This document shows, piece by piece, positions 51,329 to 63,880 of a DNA stretch of 64,000 bases. Both the position numbers and the translations under genes were made by a program. Numbering within the stretch: the stretch's first letter is position 1; every line of letters begins with the position of its first letter. Below the pieces are notes generated by a model. The model did no database searches and was not told the DNA's origin. It saw only the letters and a list, made by a program, of their open reading frames with translations. Source of the DNA: Octopus sinensis (Eukaryota); NCBI RefSeq assembly GCF_006345805.1, contig NC_043012.1:22072001-22136000 (forward strand), in the 5' to 3' direction.

Positions 51329-52061
51329 CTGCCCCTGCACTTAAACGAAGCCCTGCTTTTGTGTACCAGCTACGATGTATTTCCTCCTCTTGTTCATTAG
51401 TGCCGTCTCGTGTTGGCGGGAGAGAGTCGTGTACGTCAGTCAGAAATATGGAGTACCAAATGTAACGCTGTCTCCTGTAAAATTCTGTATGCTTTTATTG
51501 GGATCTTTATCTGAACCGCATGTTCTGACTTCGACGCCACACCGCCAAACACCCTGTGCAATGGTGTTATTGAAGTTTTAACACGTTAGGTCGTAATGTG
51601 TTTATGGTTAACGGACTTCAACTATTTGAAGTAATTTGAAGTAATTCAATTTTTCAGTAGATTATATTTTCAAGAAATGTAGTTTTGCATGCTGATGACG
51701 AAAATTGACTTAATTTTTGTCTAGAAAGTTACATCAAAGTAGAAAATTTGAAAATAGAATCAAACGGAAATTTAAAATAATTCAAGTCGTTGAAAGAATT
51801 TTAAGAAGACGCGCCGTATATTTTGCTGTGTTTAAGTGTGAGCGTATGGTGTGAATACTATTGTGACATTTTGTTGTGTAGGCTGCAGTATGGTAGTGAG
51901 ATCGTATTGTACCGTGGCGCAGTGTTGTAGTGTGAATATATTTATATGAACTTCACTGTGGTACAGTTCTATATTTAAGAGATGAGGAATTATATACATT
52001 ATTTACATTTTTTACATTATTTACATTCGAAAGATATTTGTCCTCGTCTTCTTTGTTGTTA

Positions 52062-52105
52062 ACACAACGTTTCGGCTGATATACCCTCCAGCCTTTATCA
52101 GGTGT
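52062..52105 (-). ncRNA. Minimal hammerhead-like motif, G8 mutated
   Basis: ACAC-CTGATAA-A-GGCTG-GAGGGTATAT-CAGCC-GAAA-CGTT-GTGT; stems I and II perfect. Confidence 0.6.
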
Positions 52106-52421
52106 CTAGGGGAAATTTCGAACCTGGGTTCTCTTTTTACCTACGCCTTCTATTTCAGTCAAATGACTGAAACAAGTAAAGATTACAGAGAGTTATTGCA
52201 GTCTGCTGAGATTAAGGTGTTTTTAAAAGAATACGTTTTGTCAAAGGTGATTTTCCTATCACAATATCTGATCTATTGGCACAATCTGAATTGCTTGATC
52301 GATTTGGATTACCAAAGAATGGTGATAGCTTTCTTTTCTACTACATTGGCATTCTTGTGTTCCCACCAGTTCTTCTCATTCGTAATGTGATCCAGTAGAA
52401 ATACTACTAAGTATATCACGG

Positions 52422-52735
52422 TGATTGTGGAGACGCAATGGCCCAGTGGTTAGGGCAGCGGACTCGCGGTCGTAGGATCGCGGTTTCGATTCCTTGACCG
52501 GGCGTTGTGAGTGCTTATTGAGCGAAAACACCTAAAAGCGCCACGAAGTTCTAGCAGGGGGTGGTGGTGATCCCTGCTGTACTCTTTCACTACAACTTTC
52601 TCTCACTCTTTCCTCTGTTGGCCTGCTCGCTTAGCCAGCGGGGTGGTGTCATTCGAAGGCTAAAACAATGCGAACGTATTGTGACCAGTAATGTGTAGCA
52701 ACATCTGATGGTCTGGTCAGTCACGTGATTACGTG
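52422..52735 (+). mobile_element. tRNA-derived SINE family D with 9-bp TSD
   Basis: TGGCCCAGTGGTTAGGGC and GGTTTCGATTCC boxes; ATATCACGG at 52413-52421 and 52736-52744; TCACGTGA-like tail. Confidence 0.85.
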
Positions 52736-53318
52736 ATATCACGGCGGTTAATATATTCATTTAAGGCTAGCACAGAACATCCAGAGACGAGGTGGTCAAC
52801 TGCTTCTTTGGCTGCACCAAAAAAGCGGAAGACAATATCAACACAATTTTTAAGAGTGCGTGTTTGGTGGTTACTGGTGGACAGAGTCTGATTCTTAACC
52901 GCCATAAAGCAGCCCTCCTTTTCTGCTTTAAGTCCAGATGCTGCCAACCATTGTTGGCTTATATTTGTATCAAATCAAGATCGCTGTCCCTTGCAGGGTA
53001 TTTGTCATACAATGCCTTATTTCTCCATCTGTTTCGTAAGAGAGAGATACCATTTGGTTTGATCAATGTTTTCATCTATTTTGCCTTGACAATATTTTTT
53101 TGATTCATCTAAGTTGTTCCTCAGTCTCGTTGATCAGTCATTCCTTTATACATTTCTTTGCTTCATCTGATATTCAATACAATGTTTTGATGCATTTGTA
53201 CTTACGGACGAGTTTAGGCATCCAGTTATTTTTGTTCTTTAGAAAGCTCTCTACTTCTATGGTTGCCGTCTTTATTGACAGTTTTACGTCCTCCACCCTT
53301 TCACGGGATATATACATA

Positions 53319-53705
53319 TACTCTTTTACTTGTTTCAGTCATTTTTGACTGCGACCATGCTGGAGCACCGCCTTTAGTCGAGAAAATCAACCCCAGGACT
53401 TTGTAAGCCTAGTACTTATTCTATCGGTCTCTTTTGCCGAACTGCTAAGTTACGGGGAAGTAAACACACCAGCATCGGTTGTCAAGCGATGTTGGGGACA
53501 CACACACACACATAAACATATACACACACATACATATATATAGATATGTACATAAATACGACAAGCTTCTTTCAGTTTCCATCTACCAAATCCACTCACA
53601 AGACGTTGGTCGGCCCGAGGCTATAGTAGAAGACACTTGTCCAAGGTGCCACGCAGTGAGATTGAACTCGGAACCATGTGGTTGGTAAGCAAGCTACTTA
53701 CCACA
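53319..53705 (-). mobile_element. SINE family B, near full length, nested in the R4 remnant
   Basis: Collinear with 6958-7389. Confidence 0.88.
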
Positions 53706-53917
53706 TATATATATATTCTGCCTACACCTTCCTTTTGGTGATGCATGTGATACATTGTGAGGAGCTTGCGTATTTTTGTATCAGTCTTACAGATTTCACT
53801 GATGGACCATTTTATGATATTAAAGCTAAAGATCACAGCAGGTATAGCCAGAATATTGATCGCATCAATCCTGTTTCTTGCATTAACATCACTCTTTAGG
53901 ATATCTCTAACTCTACG

Positions 53918-54135
53918 ATAGCTATCCCGGGCAAAATACTCAGCGATTTCTTCGTCCGTCTCTACGTCTCTCTACGTTCTGCGTTCAAATTCAACCAAGG
54001 TCGACTTTGACTGTCATCCTTTTGGGGTCGATGAAATAAGTAAAACTCAAGTACTGATGTTGATATAATCGTCTAGCCTCTCTCCTAAAAAAAAAAGATT
54101 TAGAAATTTAGATCTTGTACCAATACTAGAAATTA
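53918..54135 (+). mobile_element. Degenerate SINE family A
   Basis: CGTTCTGCGTTCAAATTC..GGTCGACTTTGACTGTCATCCTTTTGGGGTCGATG. Confidence 0.7.
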
Positions 54136-54920
54136 TTACAAGTGGGCGCTGATACCTAAGGGAGTGGTTGGTGTAGGGGGCTTTTAGAGAAAAAGGAAGC
54201 GTTGGGAGGAAGGCAGATTGGGGGACGCTATGAATTTATTATGATATCATTACAGTATTGTATACACATTATATATTATATAAAATATCAAATGATTCAT
54301 AGTATATATAAATTAGTAAAATATAAAATATTTATTTATACATAAAAATAGGGGAGGGGCGCTGGGGGTATTATGTGGCCATGATAGGAATTGTGCCACA
54401 AAAAGTTTGAAAACCTCTGTTTTATACCAAGATAAAACAATGTACATGATAACACTTCCAATCAGTTAGGATCAGAAACCATGAGAGCCACTGCCTGGTA
54501 CTGCATCGGGGCATATCATTAAATGTTTTACTATTATTTCTTATACATGCACAAGTCTACAAATGCAAATTTAGAGAAGAAAGATTAAACCGACCCGTTT
54601 TACTAATCTCGTATTTTATCGCCACTGGAATGATAAAATGCAAAGTTGAGGGCAGAGGGATTTAACTTCTGGATTTAAAGAACCGGAACTAAATACCAAT
54701 AAAAACAATAACAAGAATGGCGAGTAATAAGGTTTTCTTTTATTGCCGTAAGGGCAAAGGGTGGGGCATCATAATATTGAGCTAGAATCCATTTAATTTG
54801 AAAACATACATTGACAAAAACATGTAGACACATACGTACACAAATACTCACACACAGACACTCACATGCAAACATACACACGCATATGCATGCACAAACA
54901 AATACACAGAAACGTATATA

Positions 54921-54990
<70 letters not shown>

Positions 54991-55387
54991 TGTGTGTGTA
55001 TAAATACATATATATAAACATGTATACATACATATATATATATATATATACATACATATATATAGGCATGTGCAAGCACACACATGTACACACACACACA
55101 CACACACACACAAACAAACAAACGTAACCATGCACAAACCATAAACACACATACAAACAGCTTTACACAAACACACACAATCAATTTATGCTTTCCCTAG
55201 AATGAGAGAATGTGATAAGATTTTCCAATCATTGCTAACATCGATCAGTGAAGCTATCAACACGGATCGATATTGTTCCACTTGGCTGATCATGAAAGCC
55301 CATCCCATGGCCTCCTCTACTAATGTAATAACTGTTTCTTACATAAGCGTGACGGTCTCTAGTAATGGTGGAGACAGGAATGGTGGT

Positions 55388-56273
55388 GGTGGTGGTGGTG
55401 GTGGTGATAGTGGCGGTGGTAGCAATAGTAGTTGTAATAGAGGTGATGGTAACGGACGGTTACGTTGGTGTTAGTGGACGTGGTGGGAATGACGATGATA
55501 GTAGTGTTGGTAATAGTAGTGGTGGTGGTGATGGTGATGGTGGTTATTGGCTGTGTTATAGTTGCGATTGTGATCGTTGTGGTGGTGGCGATAGTTCAGG
55601 TGGTGGGCGTGACTATGGAAGCCGGTGTGATTGTGATGGTGTGGTATTTGCATTTGTGATATTGAGGGTGGTGGTGAGGGGGTGTTGGTTGTGGTGGTGA
55701 TGATGGTGATGATAAAGATGATAATGATGGTGGTGGTGGTGGTGGTGGTAGTGGTGGTGGTATCGATTTGGTGGTTATCGTTGTAACGTTGATGATGATG
55801 ATGATGGTGATGATGGTAGTGAAGGAGTGAGGTGGTGGTGGTGGTGGTGATAGTGGCGGTGGTAGCAATAGTAGTTGTAATAGAGGTGATGGTAACGGAC
55901 GGTTACGTTGGTGTTAGTGGACGTGGTGGGAATGACGATGATAGTAGTGTTGGTAATAGTAGTGGTGGTGGTGATGGTGATGGTGGTTATTGGCTGTGTT
56001 ATAGTTGCGATTGTGATCGTTGTGGTGGTGGCGATAGTTCAGGTGGTGGGCGTGACTATGGAAGCCGGTGTGATTGTGATGGTGTGGTATTTGCATTTGT
56101 GATATTGAGGGTGGTGGTGAGGGGGTGTTGGTTGTGGTGGTGATGATGGTGATGATAAAGATGATAATGATGGTGGTGGTGGTGGTGGTGGTAGTGGTGG
56201 TGGTATCGATTTGGTGGTTATCGTTGTAACGTTGATGATGATGATGATGGTGATGATGGTAGTGAAGGAGTGA
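55388..56273. repeat. Exact 443-bp tandem duplication of a GGT-rich segment
   Basis: GATAGTGGCGG at 55406 and 55849; GAAGGAGTGA ends at 55830 and 56273. Confidence 0.92.
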
Positions 56274-56468
56274 GGTGGTGGTGGTGGTGGTGGTGGTGTC
56301 TGCAGTTATGATCGTGAGAGTGGTGTAGACGATGTTGTGTAAGTGATGATGGTCGTAGTGGCGTTATTGGTGGGATGATAACGAAGACTATGAAAATATG
56401 TCAGTCGGCTAATTGCGGCACAACTGAAATGTTTGAGACACCCGTTGGCTCAGTCCACTTCAACTGTA

Positions 56469-57764
56469 TTGGGTCATCCCATAAATAATGCGGGTGTTTT
56501 TTATACTTATTTAATTTTTTTAAATTAAGATAAACAAAGTTCTTTTTTAATCTAAAATATGCTCTCCTTCATTTTCTCCAATGCGCTTCCATCTATCTAG
56601 TAGACTTGCAAGACCCCTCTTCCAAAATCCACTTGTCCGTGACGAAAAATACTCCTCCAGTAATGTTCTGACATCGTCGACAGAATTCATATTTTTTCCG
56701 TTCAAATTATAATTTGAAAACTGCCGAATAAATGATAATCAGATGGGGCAATGTCCGGCGAATATGGTGGGTGGGGCATCGTTTCCCATTCAAACTACTC
56801 CAGCTTTTGGAATGTCATTCTCGCTGTATGTGGGCGAGCATTATCCTGATGGAAGAACGTCTTTCGTCTTGAAACCAAAGACGGTCGTTTTTCTTCTATC
56901 GCTGACTTAAGCCGCTCAAGCTGCTCGCAGTAGATCTCCTTTGTCATCGTTTGGTTTGGGTTTAAAACCTCAAAGTGGACTAAACCTTTCATATCCCACC
57001 AAACCAGATAACAACACCTTACGTGAGTGAAAGCCTTCTTTAACCTGGGGTTCTGGTGTTTCTCTTTTCCCTACCCACTGTCCTCGGCGCTTGACATTTT
57101 TATAGAGAACCCATTTCTTGTCACCAGTCACTATTCGGTGGAAAAAAGGGTCATTCGTGAGACGTGGCAGCAACGAAGAGCATGCATTCATTCTCTGCGT
57201 GCGATTAGATTCGGAAAGTTTGTGAGGAACCCATTGACTCAATTTGCTAACTTTCTCGATGGCACACAGGTGACGGTGAATGGTTGAATGACCAAATCCA
57301 AGCTTTTCTGCTAGTTCCTCAACAGTTACGATGTTGTTCCTTTGTTCCACCAGGCTTTTCATGATTCCCTCGTTGAGCTCTACAGATCTTCCAGGACGAG
57401 GCTCGTCTTCTAGGCTATAGTTTCCGGTTCGGAATTTCTGGAACCACCAATGACACTGACTTACGCTTCTTGTCCGATCCCCATGTACTGCATTAATATT
57501 CCTCGCACTTTCCGTTGCGTCGTTGCCTTTATTGAACTCATAAAGCAAAATATGCCGAATATGTTCCTCTGTCACTTCCATTGTAGCATTGAAAAAATAA
57601 CTGTTAAAATCGAACTGCACTCTTGAAAACTTGCACTAAGAATAAGCACAAGGTAAAATTACTACCTGCTTTTATAGTAAGTTGATGCAGGTAGTTTATC
57701 CCGTCCCCCATCGACTTTTAGTTCATGCAATTGAAAAAACCACATTATTTATGAGATGACCCAA
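56469..57764 (-). mobile_element. Full-length mariner (DD34D) transposon, 1296 bp, with TIRs and TA TSD
   Basis: TIR TTGGGTCATCCCATAAATAATGCGG vs TTGGGTCATCTCATAAATAATGTGG (2 mismatches in 25); TA at 56467-68 and 57765-66. Confidence 0.95.
56547..57581 (-). pseudogene. Mariner transposase pseudogene (net 345 codons)
   Basis: MEVTEEHIRH.., WVPHKL, VTGDKKW, HQDNARPH, YSPDIAPSDYHLF; frameshifts near 56980 and 56710 and an in-frame TAG at 56795. Confidence 0.93.
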
Positions 57765-58051
57765 TAGACAGATACCATGGAAAAATAGAGGTCACACAAC
57801 GGTATGCATTTATATGTATGTAGTTATATGCTTCAAGCGTTTGTTTTCGTTTTTGTTCCCTGCTTTGTTTTGATTTGGTTTGATATTTTTGATTTTTATT
57901 CTTTCAAGGAAAATCCTTTCGTCCGGGATCATGGCATGCGCAGGATGAGAGACCCGTATCTCCCTGGATAGGACGGCTGCAAATAAAGTTCTTTGTATAT
58001 AGATATACAATCCGCAGAGGAATAACCCAAAAAAACAATAGATATACATAC

Positions 58052-58126
<75 letters not shown>

Positions 58127-58179
58127 AATGAAATAATTACTATATATATATATATATAATGAAATAATTACTATGAAGC

Positions 58180-58585
58180 ACTGTAGAATATATTGTACGA
58201 GCGAAACGTCGCCCGTCCAATGGACGGTTCTGAGTTGTCAAACATTTAAACCAAATTTTCTCAAAACAACTTGTCCGGCCGTCCCATTTTGTGGCATTAT
58301 TTCAAGCCAGCCGGCTTTCTTGCGCAAACTGCTCGTGCATTTTTCTCGCGTACGCGTAGAATCGATCACAACAGCAGATGTACTTGCGCGTACCAAATGT
58401 ACGTTCCCACGGCTTTATCGATCGCATTCTCACCTGGAATCGATTTTTGTAATTTTTTCAAGACTTATACACGCCCTGATACTGTCAGTATCTACATATC
58501 AAATTTGAGCGCAATCGGATGGAGGATGCCCGAGATCCTAAAAGGCACACACACACACGGACAGAGCGGATTTTATATAACAGAT
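58180..58585 (+). mobile_element. Probable non-autonomous Helitron-group (Lep1/HINE-like) element
   Basis: 5' hairpin CCGTCC-AAT-GGACGG; 3' CATATCAAATTTGAGCGCAATCGG..ACACACACGGACAG..TTTTATATAACAGAT, matching the recalled layout. Confidence 0.4.
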
Positions 58586-58596
58586 AAAGAATCGTA

Positions 58597-58851
58597 GGTA
58601 AGGCCAAATAATGGGAAGTAAATGCATGGTAAATCACAAGAAAAAAATATGTGAATTAATGTAGACTTACCTTGTATTCAATCTTTCGGGGTTATGACCC
58701 CATTTTCAAGAAATTGACGAATGCTGCCGATGTTTCTTGAAAATGGTGTCATAGCCCCGAAATATTGAAAACAAGGTAAGTCTACATTAATTCACATATT
58801 TGTTTTCTTGTGACTTACCTTGCATTTACTTCACGTTGTTTTGGCCTTACC
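58597..58851. mobile_element. Fold-back element (arms 58597-58713 and 58733-58851) with degenerate hammerhead-like motif at the apex
   Basis: ~117-nt arms, 19-nt loop; motif 58733-58770 TTTC-TTGAAAA-T-GGTG-TCATAG-CCCC-GAAA-TATT-GAAA (other arm reads GGGG/CCCC). Confidence 0.6.
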
Positions 58852-58880
58852 CACCATCCTTTATGTAATATATATATATA

Positions 58881-59226
58881 GTGGCTGCGTGGTAAGTAGC
58901 TTGCTAACCAACCACATGGTTCCGGGTTCAGCCCCACTGCGTGGCATCTTGGGCAAGTGTCTTCTGCTATAGCCCCGGGCCGACCAATGCCTTGTGAGTG
59001 GATTTGGTAGACGGAAACTGAAAGAAACCCGTCGTATATATGTATATATATGTGTATGTGTTTGTGTGTCTGTGTTTGTCCTCCTGGTGTGTTTACGTTC
59101 CCATCACTTAGCGGTTCGGCAAAAGAGACCGATAGAATAAGTACTGGGCTTACAAAGAATAAGTCCCGGGGTCGATTTGCTCGACTAAAAGGCGGTGCTC
59201 CAGCATGGCCGCAGTCAAATGACTGA

Positions 59227-59229
<3 letters not shown>
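58881..59229 (+). mobile_element. SINE family B
   Basis: Collinear with 4285-4690. Confidence 0.9.
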
Positions 59230-59260
<31 letters not shown>

Positions 59261-59263
<3 letters not shown>

Positions 59264-59610
59264 TCACACATGGCGGACTCTCCCGTCGAAGATGATGGAT
59301 TACTGTTCAACGAGAAGCAAGAAAAAGAATCCAGCCAAATAGACAATTAACAAACACCCTCATTATTACTATCATTCACGAACGTTTGCGATTTATTCAC
59401 TTCACCAGGTGACTCCTCAGGTCTCCAAAAGCAATATGGATATAAACATGAGTATGACGTATTAAACCAGCATGCGATCTAGCTGAGAATCACGATGTGG
59501 ACAATGGTGTTCTGCGTGCAGACTGTTCTGTCCGTTCCTTTCCATGTGATTCCGTAGCTGCTTTTGATATTGTACACTTTAGGTTTTAAGATTTTGAAGC
59601 TGGAAAACGC

Positions 59611-59677
<67 letters not shown>

Positions 59678-60106
59678 TATAATATATATATATATATTAT
59701 ATATATAATATATATATATTATATATATATATATACATTCACACATGGCGGACTCTCCCGTCGAAGATGATGGATTACTGTTCAACGAGAAGCAAGAAAA
59801 AAAGAAAAAAGAAAAAAAAAGAATAAGCCAAATAGACAATTAACAAACACCCTCATTATTACTATCATTCACGAACGTTTGGCGATTTATTCACTTCACC
59901 AGGTGACTCCTCAGGTCTCCAAAAGCAATATGGATATAAACATGAGTATGACGTATTAAACCAGCATGCGATCTAGCTGAGAAATCACGATGTGGACAAT
60001 GGTGTTCTGCGTGCAGACTGTTCTGTCCGTTCCTTTCCATGTGATTCCGTAGCTGCTTTTGATATTGTACACTTTAGGTTTTAAGATTTTGAAGCTGGAA
60101 AACGCA

Positions 60107-60130
<24 letters not shown>
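59261..60130. repeat. ~390-bp segment duplicated in tandem (59261-59640 and 59737-60130) across a (TA)n tract
   Basis: Identical apart from an A-rich stretch and homopolymer-length indels. Confidence 0.9.
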
Positions 60131-60178
<48 letters not shown>

Positions 60179-60370
60179 ATATATATATATATATATATAG
60201 ATATATATAGTAAAATAAAGATTCAGATAGAATTAGGTCATTGAAAAGATATACACCAGGTAGAGTTGGATAACACTGTGGTTCCGGCCTATGTATCAAA
60301 TAGGATATTCCGGTTGTGTACACAGAGAAATCTAACCCTATGAGTATTTAAATCCATAAATCTTGAAATA

Positions 60371-61640
60371 TCAGGTCATCCCATAAGTTCTGTCCGATTT
60401 TACCTTCTTTTTAAAATTGAATGAAATTTAATAGTGTTTTAGAATGTCTAATGGAATTAAAAATTATTTTTATGCATTTGTGTACATTTAAACTAATTAA
60501 ATATTGTTTTACAGAATACTAGAATTAAAATTTCTTTGATTAAAATCCTTCTAACATGGAAGTATCCAAAGGCACATAATGCTTTATGAGTACAAAAAAA
60601 TAAACTCTGCAGCCGAAGCGACTCGAAATATACACTCAGTTTATGGGAAAGAATGCTTGAATGAAAGAACTAGCAGATGATGGTTTGCAAAATTCGGAAG
60701 TGGAGATTTTAGCCTTGAAGATGAAGATCGAACAGGACATTCAGTTGAGTTTGATGATAAGCTCCTTGAGACATTACTTAAAGAAAATCCCGCATTATCA
60801 GTTGAAGAATTGGCAATAAAGCTTAGTTCAAACCATATAACTATTAATCATCCTCTTCAACAACTTGGAAAGGTTCCTAAACTTGGAAAATGGGTGCCTC
60901 ATGAATTGTCCGAAAGCAACAGCAAATCCCTAGTTGACATCTGCTCTTCTCTCCATTCCGCGAACTCATTTCACCCTTTTTGGATAGACTTGTGACTGGT
61001 GACGAAAAATGGATCTTCTATCGAAATGTTAAACGTCGTAAACAGTGGCTGGTATAAGGGAAAAAGCTCAACCACAACCGAGAAGGGAACTTCATGGGGA
61101 AAAGGTTCTTCTCTCTATCTGGGAGGATTGCAAAGGAATAATTCACTTTGAATTGTTACCACCTAATGCAACAATCAATGCTCAAGTCTACTGTCAGCAA
61201 TTAAAGCGTTTGAACCAAGCTTTGAAGGAAAAAGACCCGTTTTAGTGAATCGACTGATGTTCCATCAGGACAATGCGCGACCCCACACTGCAAAGGTCAC
61301 ATCACAGAAGATCGAAGAGCTTGGTTGGGTAAAAATTCCTCATCCACCTGATCCTCCTGACCTTGCTCCTTCAGGCTACCATTTGTTTCGTAGTTTACGG
61401 AATCATTTGGGGGACATAACTTTCGCAAGCCAGGAGGAGATCGAAACTGACATTTCAGAGTTCTTCACTTTGAAACCAAAAGAGTTTTACATTGATGCGA
61501 TTAAAAAGCTTGTAAATAGATGGAAGGAGGTCATAGATAATCAGAGACAGTACATTGATGATCAAATTTCAATTAAAAATAACATTTGATCACTTGTTTT
61601 CTTTATTCAAAATTCGGACAAAACTTATGGGATAACCTGA
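60371..61640 (+). mobile_element. Full-length mariner (DD34D) transposon, 1270 bp, second family
   Basis: TIR TCAGGTCATCCCATAAGTTCTGTCCGATTT vs rc TCAGGTTATCCCATAAGTTTTGTCCGAATT; TA on the left, AA on the right. Confidence 0.93.
60556..61589 (+). pseudogene. Mariner transposase pseudogene
   Basis: WVPHEL, TGDEKW, HQDNARPH, PPDLAPSGYHLF (third catalytic D replaced by G, 34-residue spacing); several frameshifts and stops. Confidence 0.92.
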
Positions 61641-61828
61641 AAAAACTAAATAACGATATACATAAATATTTAAGTATATACATATATAAATGTTTATATG
61701 TATGTGTGTGTACAATATGTATGTTATATATATTTATATACATTATATATACATGTGTATATGCATATGCGCACATGATGCATGTAATAAATAGATAATG
61801 ATGCCCGTTATTTTTAGTGAGTGCACAA

Positions 61829-61870
<42 letters not shown>

Positions 61871-62328
61871 GTACGTGTGTATATACACATATGTGTGTGT
61901 AATATATGCATGTAATATATATATATATATTTACATCTATAAAAGTATATATAAATATATGTATATATAAGTATATATATATGTATATATATATAAGTAT
62001 ATATATAAGTATGTATATATATATATATATATATACTTATATATATATACTTATATATATATACTTATATATATATACTTATCTATACACATATTTATAT
62101 ATACTTTATAGATGTAAATATATATATATATTTACATGCATATATACACACGTACGTATATATATATATATTATATATATATATATATTATATATATACA
62201 TATGTATGTATATATGTATGTATATACGCACACACATACATACATGCAAACATACATACACAGATACAGATACATGTATATATATATATACATACATACA
62301 AACATACATGCATACATACATACATACA

Positions 62329-62361
<33 letters not shown>

Positions 62362-63469
62362 CTTCTATTGGGAGGGAAAGATAGAGTGACAGTGAGAGTG
62401 AATAACGATGGCGAGATTGATAGCGTGGCGAATTGTAACATAGAAACATGGAAAGGAAACAAAAAAATAAAATCTACCAAACTTGAGGGAAAGAAATACA
62501 GAGAAAGAGAGTATGAAAGAGAGAATAAAGGGAGGATGGAATAGAGAATAAAGGGAGGATGGAATAGAGAATAAAGGGAGGATGGAATAGAGAAAGAAAA
62601 TAGTTTGATAAAAGAATAGACATGAGTGAAAGAGATTATGTTTAAACAAAAAAACCAAGAAGGATAGGAAGAGAGATAGTTAATGGTGCATTACAAGTGA
62701 ATTTGTTTAAGCACCAAGGGTCTTATTGTGTATGAGCGCCAGAATAAAAAATATGGCCGCCATTTTTATTGGTCTTTGCTTTTTAAGTCTTCTACTTCGA
62801 TGCTGTTGTTGTTGTTGTTGTTGTGTTAGCGTGTGTTTGTTTTGTTTGTTTGTTTCTTGATGTTTGTTTTATGTTGTTTGTTTTCGTTGTTTGTTTTTTG
62901 TTGTTGTTTGTGTGTGTGTATGAGCGTGTGTGTGTTTATGAGCGTGTATGCGTGTGTACGTGTGCGTATATGTGTGCATGAGCGTGTATATGTGTGTGTA
63001 TGAGTGTGTATGTGCGTGTGTATGAGTGTGTATGTGCGTGTGTATGAGTGTGTATGTCTGTGTGTATGAGTGTGTATGTGTGTGCGCGTGTGTGTCTGTG
63101 TGTGAATGAATGTGTGAATGAGTATGTGTATGTATATGTATGTATGCGTGTTTTGTAGTTCTGTAAGTAAGTGTGTGGGTATATGTGAAAGAGAGTGTGT
63201 CTTTATGTGTGTGTCTTTGTGTGTGCATTTGTGTGTGCACGTGTGTGTAACAAAGAGGTTATATGTGAGAGTGTGTGCATTTGTAAGTATATATGTGTGT
63301 GATTTAGAGTCTTTGTGGATGTATGTGTGTGTTTGTGTGATAGAGAGAATGTGTGTGTCTGTGCTTGTGTGTTTGTATGTGTATGAGAGAGAGGAAGAGA
63401 GAGTGTGTGTAAATGTATATGTGTAAGTGTATGTTAATGTGTATGCTTCTGTATGTATATGTATAGTAG

Positions 63470-63880
63470 TATTGATGATGGTGATAGTGACGATGGAGGC
63501 GGCGAAAGTAGTGGTGGTGGTGGTGGTGGTAGTAGTGGTGGTGGTGGTGGTGGTGGTGGCGGCGGTGGTGGTGATGGTAGTGGTGGTGGTGGCGGTTGCG
63601 GTGGTAGTGGTGGTGGTAGCGGTGGTGGTGGTGGTGGTAGTAGTAGTGGTGGTGGTAGTGGTGGTGGTAGTGGTGGTGGTAGTGGTGGTGGTAGTGGTGG
63701 TGGTAGTGGTGGTGGTGGTGGTGGTAGTGGTGGTGTAGTGGTGGTGGTAGTGGTGGTGGTGGTGGTGGTGGTAGTGGTGGTGGTAGTGGTGGTGGTAGTG
63801 GTGGTGGTAGTGGTGGCGGTGATGGTTGTTGCAGTGGTGAAGATGACCAAAGCTGTGATGGTGATGATGGTAGTGATGGT
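63470..63880. repeat. (GGT)n/(AGT)-interrupted G-rich low-complexity tract
   Basis: Direct reading. Confidence 0.92.

Larger units (their letters stand above)
52200..53897 (-). mobile_element. Old R4/Dong-clade LINE remnant split by two SINEs
   Basis: FNIIKWSISEICKTDTKIRKLLTMYHMHH (53717-53836); GLKAEKEG..KEAVDHLVSGCSVLALNEYINRRD (52745-52947); KNWWEHK..ITILW and ANRSDIVI left of 52421. Confidence 0.8.

Noticed and set aside
51390-51470. Possible exon after a pyrimidine-rich acceptor (AVSCWRERVVY..)
   Set aside because: Peptide not recognised and donor ambiguous.
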